Shown one piece after another: positions 53,540 to 63,391 of a stretch of DNA of 64,000 bases (the first letter of the stretch is position 1; each line of letters begins with the position of its first letter). The notes beneath the pieces were generated by a model that was given only the letters and a program-made list of their open reading frames with translations, had not been told where the DNA came from and did no database searches. Both the position numbers and the translations under genes were made by a program. Origin of the DNA: Ilumatobacteraceae bacterium. Its GTDB lineage: Bacteria; Actinomycetota; Acidimicrobiia; Acidimicrobiales; Ilumatobacteraceae. The DNA lies in assembly GCA_021299715.1 (NCBI GenBank), contig JAJTEL010000005.1:42955-106954 (forward strand), written 5' to 3'.

Positions 53540-55636
53540 ATGCAACGGCGACAAGACATTGAAGGGCTGAGAGCAGTCGCTGTTGCCGCGGTGCTTCTTT
53601 TCCACGCAGGCGTTCCAGGCCTTGACGGCGGGTATGTGGGCGTCGATGTCTTTTTTGTGTTGTCTGGCTTCTTAATTACGTCTCTTTTGGTGAATGAACG
53701 AGCGACGTCTGGATCTATCTCGCTAAGTTCGTTTTACGCGCGACGTGTTCGTCGATTGCTTCCCGTGTCGGCATTGGTTGCGGTACTCACTTTAGGTGCC
53801 TCTTATATATGGCTAGAACCCATTCGCGTTCGTTCGCTGACTAGCGACATGATTGCCACAGCCGGTTTTGCATCAAACCTTCTGTTTGCGCATCGAGGTG
53901 CCGATTACTTGCAATCGTCGTTCCCGCCGTCACCGCTGCAGCATTACTGGAGCTTGGCGGTAGAAGAACAGTTCTACGTTGTGTGGCCTGCACTGATTGC
54001 TTTGGTGTGTATAGGAATAAGTAATCGATCACGCTTCACCGTCAAAGTTCGGGTTGGTCTTCTTTCATTCGTTGTTGCTGTTGCCTCTTTCAGCGCGTGC
54101 ATGTTGTTGATGCAAACATCGCAGCCGTGGGCATTCTTTGCCCCGCACACTCGTGCCTTTGAACTTGCACTGGGTGCATTGATTGCAGTGCTTCCTGTTG
54201 CAGCGTCGCGTACTGCCAAGTCCGTCGCCGCCTTTGGTGGGTGGATTGGTCTTGGTGGAATTGTTATCAGCGTTATTGCATTTAGTGAAGAAACGACATT
54301 CCCAGGTCCGTGGGCACTTGTGCCGGTGCTAGCAACAGTTCTTGCAATCAACGGCGGAATGGCTACATCGTGGTCACCACTCGCAATACTGCGCTTTTCT
54401 CCAATTCAATGGCTTGGTTCTCGTTCGTACTCTGCTTACTTGTGGCATTGGCCCATTCTCATCATTGCTGAACCTGCATTAGGAAGAGATCTCAGCATTG
54501 TTGATGGACTCTTCTGTCTTGCCATCACGCTCGGACTTTCTGAGTTCTCGTATCGACTAGTAGAGAACCCCATTCGCCACAACATCTCTATTCAAGGTCT
54601 GCGTGCCGCAGCACTTGCAGTTGCCCTTGTGGCGCTTCTCGGCGGTACTGCGGTAATGGCTCGCAACAATCCTCCAAGCATCACTCTGGGACCCGACGCC
54701 ACAGCGCCCGTTCTAGAAACAACAACAACTCTTCCAAGCCCCACAACAACAGTTCCTACGGCTCCTGAAATGCCACCACTTGGCAGTCCGCTACAAGCGA
54801 TTGTGGATGCTGCGAAGGCAACGGGACTACCAGGCAACCTCACGCCGTCTTTGCAGGCAGCAGTCACTGATCAGCCAATTATTTATGACGATGGATGCCA
54901 TGTTCGATTTACACCAGTTGAACCAAAGCCTGGGTGTAGTTATGGCAAAACAGATTCTCCAATAGTTATTGGCTTGTATGGCGATTCTCACGCTGCGCAA
55001 TGGTTTCCGGCATTTGAAAAAATTGCAATCAAACGCAACTGGAAACTAAATGTGTATACAAAAGCAGGTTGTCCACCCGCAGAAATACCGGTGTATAACA
55101 AGGTGCTTGGTCGTGTCTATCCCGAATGTAAGAAGTGGCGCGCCAACACACTTGATGCAATGGTGGCCGATGGAGTGAAATTCGCGTTCGTCATTCATTT
55201 TGATCGACTGCTGTCCGCAACTACTCGCAAACCGATGTGGCAAAAGGAATGGCGAGAGGGAATGCAAGGAACCCTAGATGCATTGCGTTCGCGTGGAATT
55301 ACTCCCATCATGGTGGAAGACACGCCGTATCCCGGACAAACGATTCCTACTTGCCTCAGCAGGAACTACACAGATGTTCATCGGTGTTCACCCACCATTA
55401 CAAACGCCTATCGCGTTGACATGTTTGAAATGATGAGGGATTTTGATACCGCGGGTGAACACGTTGTGTGGGTGAGAAACTGGTTCTGCACTGAACTGTT
55501 ATGTCCCACAATTGTGGGAAATATGTTGGTGTATCGCGATGACAACCACTTAACCGTTACCTACGCAACGTTTGTGGCCCCGCTATTAGACGCTGCAATC
55601 GCTCCAGTCGTTGATTGGTACACAAATAACCCCTAA
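53540..55636 (+). CDS. Acyltransferase-3 family membrane protein with C-terminal SGNH-like domain
   Basis: N-terminus RQDIEGLRAVAVAAVLLFHAG, about 10 TM segments, then a Thr/Pro linker and an extracytoplasmic domain with GDSHAAQW. Start at ATG 53540 or 53498. Confidence 0.8.
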   Translation: MQRRQDIEGLRAVAVAAVLLFHAGVPGLDGGYVGVDVFFVLSGFLITSLLVNERATSGSISLSSFYARRVRRLLPVSALVAVLTLGASYIWLEPIRVRSLTSDMIATAGFASNLLFAHRGADYLQSSFPPSPLQHYWSLAVEEQFYVVWPALIALVCIGISNRSRFTVKVRVGLLSFVVAVASFSACMLLMQTSQPWAFFAPHTRAFELALGALIAVLPVAASRTAKSVAAFGGWIGLGGIVISVIAFSEETTFPGPWALVPVLATVLAINGGMATSWSPLAILRFSPIQWLGSRSYSAYLWHWPILIIAEPALGRDLSIVDGLFCLAITLGLSEFSYRLVENPIRHNISIQGLRAAALAVALVALLGGTAVMARNNPPSITLGPDATAPVLETTTTLPSPTTTVPTAPEMPPLGSPLQAIVDAAKATGLPGNLTPSLQAAVTDQPIIYDDGCHVRFTPVEPKPGCSYGKTDSPIVIGLYGDSHAAQWFPAFEKIAIKRNWKLNVYTKAGCPPAEIPVYNKVLGRVYPECKKWRANTLDAMVADGVKFAFVIHFDRLLSATTRKPMWQKEWREGMQGTLDALRSRGITPIMVEDTPYPGQTIPTCLSRNYTDVHRCSPTITNAYRVDMFEMMRDFDTAGEHVVWVRNWFCTELLCPTIVGNMLVYRDDNHLTVTYATFVAPLLDAAIAPVVDWYTNNP

Positions 55637-55655
55637 TTCGTGTCACACTTACGAC

Positions 55656-56579
55656 ATGGAACAAGACAAAACACAACGTCAACTACTCGATGACCTTGTT
55701 GCCCGTGGAATTCTCAGTGCAGATCAAGCCGACAACATTGAAGATGCTCCGCGTTGGTCATTCTCAGTTCGTGAACTGGTGACCTATCTCGCATCGCTTA
55801 TTATTGCGGTTGGCGTTATTCGCCTTCTCGTTCTCGCGTTCGATGACGCTTCTGTTGGAACAATCGCTACTGCGCTCTACATCGTTGCGGTTGCGGCTGG
55901 TGTCGCATCGTGGAAACTGTCATCTGGCTCAGAGATAATGCAGCGCTTCAGTGAAGTACTTGAACTAGGAGCAATGGGTGCTGCGGCTGGAGCTACGGGA
56001 ATAGTTCTTGATCAAGCAGACATGAAGAGCGAATGGATTGGTGTTTTACTTACTGGTGCAGCCGCTGTGTGGGGAGTGCTGCGATGCACGCGTTCACGTT
56101 TCTCGGGTACTGCCGCCATGTCGGTAGGAACCATTGGATTCTCCATTGCACTGAGCGCGCTCATTAACTCCGATAGCCAAATACTTGGTGGAACGTTCAT
56201 GCTGGTCGCTGGTGCATCTCTCGTAGTTGTCGGCACGCAACGAATTGGAGCTCAGCAAATTGCGCGAGCAGCGGGGTCGTTGTTCGTCATTATTGGGTCA
56301 ATGAATATTGGTTCAGCCGAAGACTGGTCGCGGCCAGCACCAATAATTGCTGGTGCAATTTTGTTTGCCGCAGGAACGGTTGTTCTTGCCCCAGAAATGT
56401 TGGTTGCGGGTGCGTTCTGCGTGGTTGCCGGAGTTGTCATGACGGTGATGGAGTGGATTAACAACGATATGGCTCAAGGCCTTGTCATTATTGCCACGGG
56501 GCTTGTCGTGCTTGGAGTTCTTTCCGCGCAAATGCGACGTGCTGTTAATCGACCAACGCCTGGTGCACGAGTTGCTTGA
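55656..56579 (+). CDS. Multi-TM membrane protein (DUF2157-like N-terminus), unknown function
   Basis: Start ATG 55656. The soluble N-terminal helix QLLDDLVARGILSADQADNI is followed by about 8 Ala/Gly/Val-rich TM segments. Confidence 0.5.
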   Translation: MEQDKTQRQLLDDLVARGILSADQADNIEDAPRWSFSVRELVTYLASLIIAVGVIRLLVLAFDDASVGTIATALYIVAVAAGVASWKLSSGSEIMQRFSEVLELGAMGAAAGATGIVLDQADMKSEWIGVLLTGAAAVWGVLRCTRSRFSGTAAMSVGTIGFSIALSALINSDSQILGGTFMLVAGASLVVVGTQRIGAQQIARAAGSLFVIIGSMNIGSAEDWSRPAPIIAGAILFAAGTVVLAPEMLVAGAFCVVAGVVMTVMEWINNDMAQGLVIIATGLVVLGVLSAQMRRAVNRPTPGARVA

Positions 56580-57783
56580 GTTGTGGTCGTAACGGCCACG
56601 TACTAGACGGCATTAACTGCGTCATGATGGTGTAGACCAAATCTTCTTTCGGGTCCACGGTGAAGTTGGTGCTAGCGGCACCACCCCAGCCGTAGTCACC
56701 AACGCTGCCCGCCACTTTTGCCTTCACTGGGTCAAGTGTGACGCTCACGCTTAAGCCAAAGCCAACGCCATCAAATGCAGTTTCTGCGAAGAGTGGTCGA
56801 CCAAATGCGGTGAGGTCGGCATTGTTCGGTAAATGATTTGATGCCATGAATGACACCGTGCGCGGAGAAAGAATGCGAACACCATTGAGCTGGCCACCAC
56901 CGCGAAGCATCTCGGCAAACTTCATGTAATCGGACATTGTGGAAACAAGTCCACCACCACCAAGATGCGCTTTCGGATCAACGAGTGCACCGGCACCACC
57001 TGCATCGTTTCGCACTCGACGACGATTGTCTGCTGGGTTCGGTACGTACAGTGCTGCGAGTCGGTCTGCTTTGTCTGCAGAACAATGGAATGCTGTGTCG
57101 GTCATTCCGAGCGGTTCGAAGATTCGTTTTTGCATGAATTCACCAAGTGTCATGCCAGACAAAATCTCTACAACACGACCAAGCACGTCGATAGACATTG
57201 AATAAGCCCACTCTGTTCCAGGCTGGAACATAAGTGGAAGCCCAGCGAGAATGTCGCAGATGTCGGCCAGCGATGCATCACGTGGCGTGCCCCATTCGAA
57301 ACCTGCATTGCGATACATCTGATCGACGGGGTTTGAATACACAAAGCCGTATGTCATTCCGGCCGTGTGAGAAAAGAGATGCCACATCTCCATTGGTTCG
57401 GTCACGGGATCGAATCGGGGAGCAGTCAAAGTTCCGCTACGGAATACTTTTTGATTGGCGAAAGATGGGATGAACCACTTCACTTGGTCGTGCATCTCAA
57501 ACTTGCCCTCTTCCCACAAGATGAGCGCAGCAACTGCACAAATGGGCTTGGTCATTGAATAGATGCGATAAATGGTGTCGTCGGCGATGGGCTTGCCATT
57601 TTCCACATCTGCATGGCCGTAGGTGGCGTTGTATGCCAACTTGCCTCCGCGTGACACCGCAATATGCCACCCAGGCAGACGGCCGTCGTCAACAAACTTT
57701 GCGAAGTGGCTTTCAATACGGGCGAGGCGGTGGGCGTCTAGGCCTACTTCGCCTGGGTCAACATCGACGGGTAGTTGTGTCAT
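56545..57783 (-). CDS. Serine hydrolase (beta-lactamase/PBP4-like family)
   Basis: 412 aa with S-x-x-K motif in IYSMTKPI. Confidence 0.85.
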   Translation of the reverse strand: MTQLPVDVDPGEVGLDAHRLARIESHFAKFVDDGRLPGWHIAVSRGGKLAYNATYGHADVENGKPIADDTIYRIYSMTKPICAVAALILWEEGKFEMHDQVKWFIPSFANQKVFRSGTLTAPRFDPVTEPMEMWHLFSHTAGMTYGFVYSNPVDQMYRNAGFEWGTPRDASLADICDILAGLPLMFQPGTEWAYSMSIDVLGRVVEILSGMTLGEFMQKRIFEPLGMTDTAFHCSADKADRLAALYVPNPADNRRRVRNDAGGAGALVDPKAHLGGGGLVSTMSDYMKFAEMLRGGGQLNGVRILSPRTVSFMASNHLPNNADLTAFGRPLFAETAFDGVGFGLSVSVTLDPVKAKVAGSVGDYGWGGAASTNFTVDPKEDLVYTIMTQLMPSSTWPLRPQLKQLVHQALVD

Positions 57784-57861
57784 GGCCGAATCGTATGCCT
57801 ATGACTATGGTCACGGCCGTATTGGGGAGTTATTGTCACCATAAGCACATTCAGCAAGGAC

Positions 57862-59097
57862 GTGCGTGGCACGGGAGACACCATGGGCGAGTTAATCGAC
57901 TGGACAACTGCATTCGACATTTTCGATAAGGACTACATCGAGAATCCGTTCGAGATTTGGGACACCCTCCGCAACGAGTGCCCAATTGCTCACACCGATA
58001 AGTGGGGTGGCTCGTGGTTGCCAACAAAGTACGACACGGTCACAAAGATGGCCCGCGAACCAGAACTGTTCTCCTCGCGCGAGATTTTGGTTGTTCCTCC
58101 AGCAGAAGCTCCGGGATCTGGCGCATACGGAGAGACAAAAGCAGCACCAATTTCTGTTGATGCTCCTATGCACACGTGGACACGCCGCCAACTTCTGCCC
58201 GCATTTTCTCCGCGCGCAGTTGACGAGCTTGAAGTGTTCACCCGTGCATGGTGCCGTGAGTTAATGGACGGAATCGCTGCGCGACCAACTGCCGATGCTG
58301 CAGTTGACTACGCGCAGCAAATTCCTGCACAGGTGATTGCCACAATGTTGGGCGTTCCCACCAGCATGAAAGACACCTTCACTAAATGGGTGCGTTGGAG
58401 CCTTGAAGCTGGTCTCACAAATCCAGAACTGCGCATTAAGGCACGCGCCGAACTTCAAGATTTCTTTATGGGTGAAATCATTAAGCGTCGCGAATCAGGA
58501 ACAAAAACCGACCTCATTGGCGAACTTGTTCATGCAGACCATGACGGAGAGCCATTTCCTGACGGACTCATCTTGGGTATGTGTGGTCTGTTGTTGATTG
58601 CGGGTGTCGACACAACATGGAGCGGTATCGGTTCGTCGTTGTGGCATCTTGCAACAAACAAAGAAGACCGCGAACGCTTGGTACAAGAACCAGAACTTAT
58701 TCCGTCAGCAGTAGAAGAGTTCTTGCGCGCGTACTCGCCAGTCACCATGGCACGTCTGGTGAACAATGACATGGAATACGAAGGGTGCCCAATGCACGCT
58801 GGTGACCGTGTTCTCATGGCGTTCCCCGCCGCAAACCGCGACCCCGAACATTTTGAAAATCCGGATCAGGTCATCATCGACCGTGAGCACAACCGCCATG
58901 TCGCCTTTGGTGCGGGAATTCACCGCTGCGTGGGTTCAAACCTTGCCCGTATGGAAATGCGAGTGGCTATTGAAGAATTCCTTGCGCGCGTTCCCGACTT
59001 TGAATTAATCGAAGACGCAGAAGTCACCTGGGCTGGTGGACAAGTTCGCGGACCACGCACAATTCCTGTGCGCATTAACAAGTCAATTGGTCACTAA
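57862..59097 (+). CDS. Cytochrome P450
   Basis: Heme-binding loop FGAGIHRCVGSNLA, ExxR (EEFLR) and I-helix LLIAGVDTT. Start at GTG 57862 or ATG 57883. Confidence 0.9.
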   Translation: MRGTGDTMGELIDWTTAFDIFDKDYIENPFEIWDTLRNECPIAHTDKWGGSWLPTKYDTVTKMAREPELFSSREILVVPPAEAPGSGAYGETKAAPISVDAPMHTWTRRQLLPAFSPRAVDELEVFTRAWCRELMDGIAARPTADAAVDYAQQIPAQVIATMLGVPTSMKDTFTKWVRWSLEAGLTNPELRIKARAELQDFFMGEIIKRRESGTKTDLIGELVHADHDGEPFPDGLILGMCGLLLIAGVDTTWSGIGSSLWHLATNKEDRERLVQEPELIPSAVEEFLRAYSPVTMARLVNNDMEYEGCPMHAGDRVLMAFPAANRDPEHFENPDQVIIDREHNRHVAFGAGIHRCVGSNLARMEMRVAIEEFLARVPDFELIEDAEVTWAGGQVRGPRTIPVRINKSIGH

Positions 59098-59462
59098 GAC
59101 TTTTCGCTAGGCCGTACAAAGTCTCTGAACGCGGCTAGTGCGCGGGGGCCATACACGGTTCCTGGTCCACCATTCATACTGATGGCCACGCCAATGGTTT
59201 CGGCAACTTCTTGTTCGGTTGCATTCGCTAATGCAGCCCCTCTTGCATGACTGGCAATACAGCCATCGCACTTCAACGAGATGGCAATAGCAAGCGCAAT
59301 TAACTCTTTTGTTTTCTTGTCGACACTGCCATCAGCAAATGCTGCCTTGTGTAGTTCGCCAAAACCGCTATATACATCGGGAATAAGTGCACGCAATTCG
59401 CGACCTTCTGCGCCAAGTTGTTGAAGAAGTCCACGACCGTGGTCATGTGAGTGATCTGTCAT
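59094..59462 (-). CDS. Carboxymuconolactone decarboxylase/AhpD-like family protein
   Basis: 122 aa with CxxC motif in LKCDGCIASH. Confidence 0.8.
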   Translation of the reverse strand: MTDHSHDHGRGLLQQLGAEGRELRALIPDVYSGFGELHKAAFADGSVDKKTKELIALAIAISLKCDGCIASHARGAALANATEQEVAETIGVAISMNGGPGTVYGPRALAAFRDFVRPSEKS

Positions 59463-59490
59463 GTGCTTAGTCTGCCTGTTTGGTAGAGAA

Positions 59491-60600
59491 TTATTTCAAC
59501 ACTTCAAGTGCGTTGTTGTCGGCTACACAGTGCAATGAGCGGAGCAACATGTCTTGCAGCAGTTTCTGTCCGCGCTCGTTCTGCTCGGTGAATCCACCGA
59601 AGGTTGTGACGCCGTACGTAACGCAGAAACAGATGCAGATGAGGTATTGACGCCACGCCTCTTCTCGGTTTATTTCAATGCCGTGACTCTCTAATCGATT
59701 CAGATAGATATCGACTAGTTCACGATCGTGTCCGCGACGAACATCGGTGGAGATTGATTGGCTGATGTAGTAGCCAACGTCATACATGCCAGAACCCGTT
59801 CCAATAAGTTGGAAGTCGATGACGACTGGATCTTTTCCGTCGAACATGATGTTGTCGGCGCGATAGTCACCGTGGCACATGGTGGTGGGTGTCATGAGGT
59901 TGCTCAGCATCCAAGGCACTTTTTCTGCCCAAATGCCACCAATTTCTCGAACACTGTCGGGAAGAAGATGACCAGCGTGCTCTTCAACGCTTGGCCATCC
60001 ACCTGCCCACAACATGGGAAGAACCGCGTTGTATGTGGGGTTGTCGAGGGGTTGGAATGTGGCGGCGTAGTTCGCCAACTTCGGGCTGCCCCACCACATG
60101 GCGTGGAAGTCGGCAAGTTTTTCCAACAGCACTTTTGATTCGTCAAGGCCGATTCCGTCTAATTGGTTCAGCGGACGCATGTGCCCGATGTCTTCCATGA
60201 CAATGGTGAAGTCTGTGTTGTCGCTAGCAATTGCTTGTCCGTAGCACTTCGCAGTTTTGAATGGTGCGTCTGGCGCACATTCTTTATAGAACACCAATTC
60301 GCGAATGTAGAGAACGAGTGCGTCGGCGGTGAACCGTTGAGTGGGGTCGTCGGTGGGGTATTTCACCACGACAGACTTTGGGCCCTTCTGGGTTGCGCCG
60401 GAATACGTTGGGATAACGCGCTGCAAAATACTGAGAATGCCAACGCCTTCGCCAATGCGCTCAGTAGACACTCCCGTTACTGAAACACCATCTTCTAGGT
60501 TGCCACTTCCGCGAAGAACGCCTTCTACCCATTGCGGTGTGATGTCGGCATCGGACTTGAGAAGACCCAGTCCAGATTCAATGAGATCAACGATTGCCAT
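59491..60600 (-). CDS. Phosphotransferase (APH/ecdysteroid-kinase-like) family protein
   Basis: Start ATG 60600 (MAIVDL, GGGGGA upstream). Catalytic loop CHGDYRADNIMF and VIDFQL. Confidence 0.8.
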   Translation of the reverse strand: MAIVDLIESGLGLLKSDADITPQWVEGVLRGSGNLEDGVSVTGVSTERIGEGVGILSILQRVIPTYSGATQKGPKSVVVKYPTDDPTQRFTADALVLYIRELVFYKECAPDAPFKTAKCYGQAIASDNTDFTIVMEDIGHMRPLNQLDGIGLDESKVLLEKLADFHAMWWGSPKLANYAATFQPLDNPTYNAVLPMLWAGGWPSVEEHAGHLLPDSVREIGGIWAEKVPWMLSNLMTPTTMCHGDYRADNIMFDGKDPVVIDFQLIGTGSGMYDVGYYISQSISTDVRRGHDRELVDIYLNRLESHGIEINREEAWRQYLICICFCVTYGVTTFGGFTEQNERGQKLLQDMLLRSLHCVADNNALEVLK

Positions 60601-60699
60601 GAGATTTCCCCCTGTGTAGAACGCACCCCCCGATGCGTTATCCCTGAACACTAGTTGTCGAGGCGGTGAACGCAAATGGCGGCACATAGTGTGAATGGA

Positions 60700-61779
60700 A
60701 TGAGTGATGTGCGCGTCGGCGTTATTGGCACGGGAATGATGGGGTGTGAACACCTGAAAAACCTGATGGGTCTTCCCAATGTGGCAGTCACAGCAATTAG
60801 CGACCCAAATGCAGAGCCACGTGAATGGGCACGTCTGACCATGGGTGATGCGTTTCATCGGGTGAGTGAATTTACTGATCACCGCGATTTGTTGGAATCC
60901 GGCACGATCGATGCAGTACTTGTTGCTTCACCCAACTTCACACACAAGGCAATTCTTGACGACATTCTTGCCACCGATATTCCTGTGTTGGTGGAAAAGC
61001 CAATGTGCACCACTGTTGAAGATTGTGTGTCAGTTGTAGAAGCTCAACGTTCTCGTTCTGCTCTTACATGGGTGGGTTTGGAATACCGATACATGGCCCC
61101 TATTGCGGAACTTGTGCGTCAAGTTCACGGGGGAGCAGTGGGAGACCTAAAGATGCTCGCTATTCGCGAACACCGTTTTCCCTTCTTGGTCAAAGTTGAC
61201 AATTGGAATCGCTTCAGTAAGAACACGGGTGGAACGTTGGTTGAAAAGTGTTGTCACTTTTTTGACCTGATGAACTTGGTAGTCCAATCACGTCCGGTGC
61301 GAGTTATGGCAAGCGGGGGTCAGGACGTTAATCATCTTGACGAGTACTACAACGGTGAACGTAGCGACATTTTGGATAACGCCTACGTGGTTGTTGAGTA
61401 TGCAAATGGTGTTCGCACCATGTTGGATCTCAGCATGTTTGCTGAGGGTTCACGTCACGAACAAGAAATCACGGCCGTGGGTTCAACGGGCAAGGTAGAA
61501 GCCTTTGTTCCTGGAGATGGTCAGGTGTTCATCGGAGACCGAGCAACGCGCAAAGGTCGTTCAGTAGATGTATCTATCGATCCAGATGTTGCACATGTTG
61601 GTTTTCATTTTGGTGCCAGTTTCCTTGAGTGCAAGAAATTCATCAATGCTGTTGTGGCAGGAACATCGTCTGAAGTGACAGTGGAAGATGGTTTGTGGAG
61701 TGTGGTTATTGGTGCGGCGGCACACCGTTCTATAGATGAACGCCGCAGTGTTGACATTTCCGAATACGGGCTGTCCTAA
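60700..61779 (+). CDS. Gfo/Idh/MocA family oxidoreductase
   Basis: VGVIGTGMMGCEHL Rossmann start and the EKPM motif. Start at ATG 60700 or 60676. Confidence 0.85.
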   Translation: MSDVRVGVIGTGMMGCEHLKNLMGLPNVAVTAISDPNAEPREWARLTMGDAFHRVSEFTDHRDLLESGTIDAVLVASPNFTHKAILDDILATDIPVLVEKPMCTTVEDCVSVVEAQRSRSALTWVGLEYRYMAPIAELVRQVHGGAVGDLKMLAIREHRFPFLVKVDNWNRFSKNTGGTLVEKCCHFFDLMNLVVQSRPVRVMASGGQDVNHLDEYYNGERSDILDNAYVVVEYANGVRTMLDLSMFAEGSRHEQEITAVGSTGKVEAFVPGDGQVFIGDRATRKGRSVDVSIDPDVAHVGFHFGASFLECKKFINAVVAGTSSEVTVEDGLWSVVIGAAAHRSIDERRSVDISEYGLS

Positions 61780-61928
61780 GACTTCTTTCCAGACTCACGA
61801 CACTTGTCCGAGCAGTACAAGACGTTGTGCCAATCACGAGCCCACTTGCGCCTCCATTCAAAAGGTCGTCCGCACGCTGCGCAGATACGAGGCTCAAAAC
61901 CGTTCTTTTTCTTCGGGACACGCGTCAC
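61776..61928 (-). CDS. DUF2256-like zinc-ribbon protein
   Basis: CAACGRPFEWRRKWARDWHNVLYCSDKC. Start at GTG 61928. The track ORF N-terminal extension is unsupported. Confidence 0.6.
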   Translation of the reverse strand: MTRVPKKKNGFEPRICAACGRPFEWRRKWARDWHNVLYCSDKCRESGKKS

Positions 61929-61975
61929 GACTTCTAGCGTAGGGACTTGGCAACAAGCACCGATACGGTGACGGT

Positions 61976-62422
61976 ATGGAAGATGTTGTCCTTGTGCTGA
62001 ACGTGTTGGCATCGTGGACCATGGTGGGTGTTATCTGGTTTGTGCAGGTAGTGCACTATCCGTTGCTCTCGGTTGTGCCCGTAGAGAGTGCAGCATCGGT
62101 GGCTGTTGAACATCAACGCAGAACAGGCTGGGTTGTCATGGCACCAATGACAATTGAAGGCATAACCACCTTGTTGTTATTAGGAATGGTGCCTATTGGC
62201 GTCGCGTGGTTTGTTCCGTGGTTAGCTGGAATACCGCTTGCTGTTGCATTGGGCGCCACAGTTTTGTTGTCGGTTCCACGGCATGCGCGTATGGCTACAC
62301 AGCCCGATGCCACCGTGGGGCGCGAGTTGGTCACTACTAACTGGGTACGAACAATTGCGTGGTCCCTTCGTGGTCTTATTGCCACCGGAATGTTGCTTGC
62401 CACATTGATTGAGCGTTCATGA
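61976..62422 (+). CDS. Small 4-TM membrane protein (DUF1772-like?)
   Basis: 148 aa with 4 hydrophobic segments. 4-nt overlap with the downstream SDR gene. Confidence 0.5.
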   Translation: MEDVVLVLNVLASWTMVGVIWFVQVVHYPLLSVVPVESAASVAVEHQRRTGWVVMAPMTIEGITTLLLLGMVPIGVAWFVPWLAGIPLAVALGATVLLSVPRHARMATQPDATVGRELVTTNWVRTIAWSLRGLIATGMLLATLIERS

Positions 62423-63387
62423 GTAAGAACCTTGTTAGCTCTGCGCTCGATGCAGCTGTCGTCCCTGGGTTCTCCCGCATCGGGTTTGCCGTTCGTTCGC
62501 GCATGAACAACTGGCAGAAGGTGTCTAGTAAAAATCTGCACGGCCGCGTCATCGTCATTACTGGCCCCACATCGGGTCTCGGTGCGTCGGTCGCTCGCAC
62601 ACTTGCGGCCACTGGTGCATCGTTGGTGTTAGTTGGTCGCAACAAAGAGAAATGCGATGCAATTGCATCTGAACTCCGAGAAGATTTTCCGCACACACCA
62701 ACAGCTGTTGTCATTGCAGAGATGGGAAATCTTCAATCGGTGGCCGACGCCAGTAGGTCTCTTCGCTCACAATTCCCGCGAATCGATGTGCTCATTCACA
62801 ATGCTGGTGCGCTACTGAATGAGCGCACAGTGTCTGCACAGGGAATTGAGCAGACACTCGCATCTCACGTGTTAGGTCCATTCCTTATGACCACAATGTT
62901 GAGAGATTCTTTGCGTGCCGCCAACGGACGCGTTATTACTGTTTCGTCTGGTGGCATGTATGCGGCGGCTCTTCCGCAATTGCATGCGGGGGAGACAATG
63001 GAACTGTCGACGTATAACGGATCTCGCCAGTACGCCATTGCAAAACGAGCGCAAGTAACACTGAATGAATTGTGGGCTCAAGAAGAGCCACATATTGAGT
63101 TTGTGACCATGCATCCCGGTTGGGCAGATACGCCTGGAGTGCAAGATTCCATACCTTTGTTCCGTCTGCTCACTAAGCCAATCTTGCGAACCGAAGAACA
63201 AGGAGCCGACACTATTGCGTGGTTAGCAGCGGTGCATCCGTTGCCGTCAGTGAGTGGAACCTTCTGGTGTGACCGTGAAGTGCGTGCAACGCACAAAACA
63301 CCAAGTACCAAAAAGAGTGATACGCCACGTGCGCGCGAAGCACTGTGGCAATGGTGTGTTGACTCAGTTCAGTCTTTTGTGAACTAG
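62419..63387 (+). CDS. SDR family oxidoreductase
   Basis: ITGPTSGLGAS (TGxxxGxG) and YAIAKRA (YxxxK). Confidence 0.85.
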   Translation: MSKNLVSSALDAAVVPGFSRIGFAVRSRMNNWQKVSSKNLHGRVIVITGPTSGLGASVARTLAATGASLVLVGRNKEKCDAIASELREDFPHTPTAVVIAEMGNLQSVADASRSLRSQFPRIDVLIHNAGALLNERTVSAQGIEQTLASHVLGPFLMTTMLRDSLRAANGRVITVSSGGMYAAALPQLHAGETMELSTYNGSRQYAIAKRAQVTLNELWAQEEPHIEFVTMHPGWADTPGVQDSIPLFRLLTKPILRTEEQGADTIAWLAAVHPLPSVSGTFWCDREVRATHKTPSTKKSDTPRAREALWQWCVDSVQSFVN

Positions 63388-63391
63388 CGAA

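Noticed and set aside
60620-60639. Hairpin aacgca-ccccccga-tgcgtt with a C-rich loop in the divergent region upstream of the phosphotransferase gene, considered as a possible small RNA such as 6C
   Set aside because: It has only a 6-bp stem, a single loop and no second C-rich hairpin. That is too weak to call.
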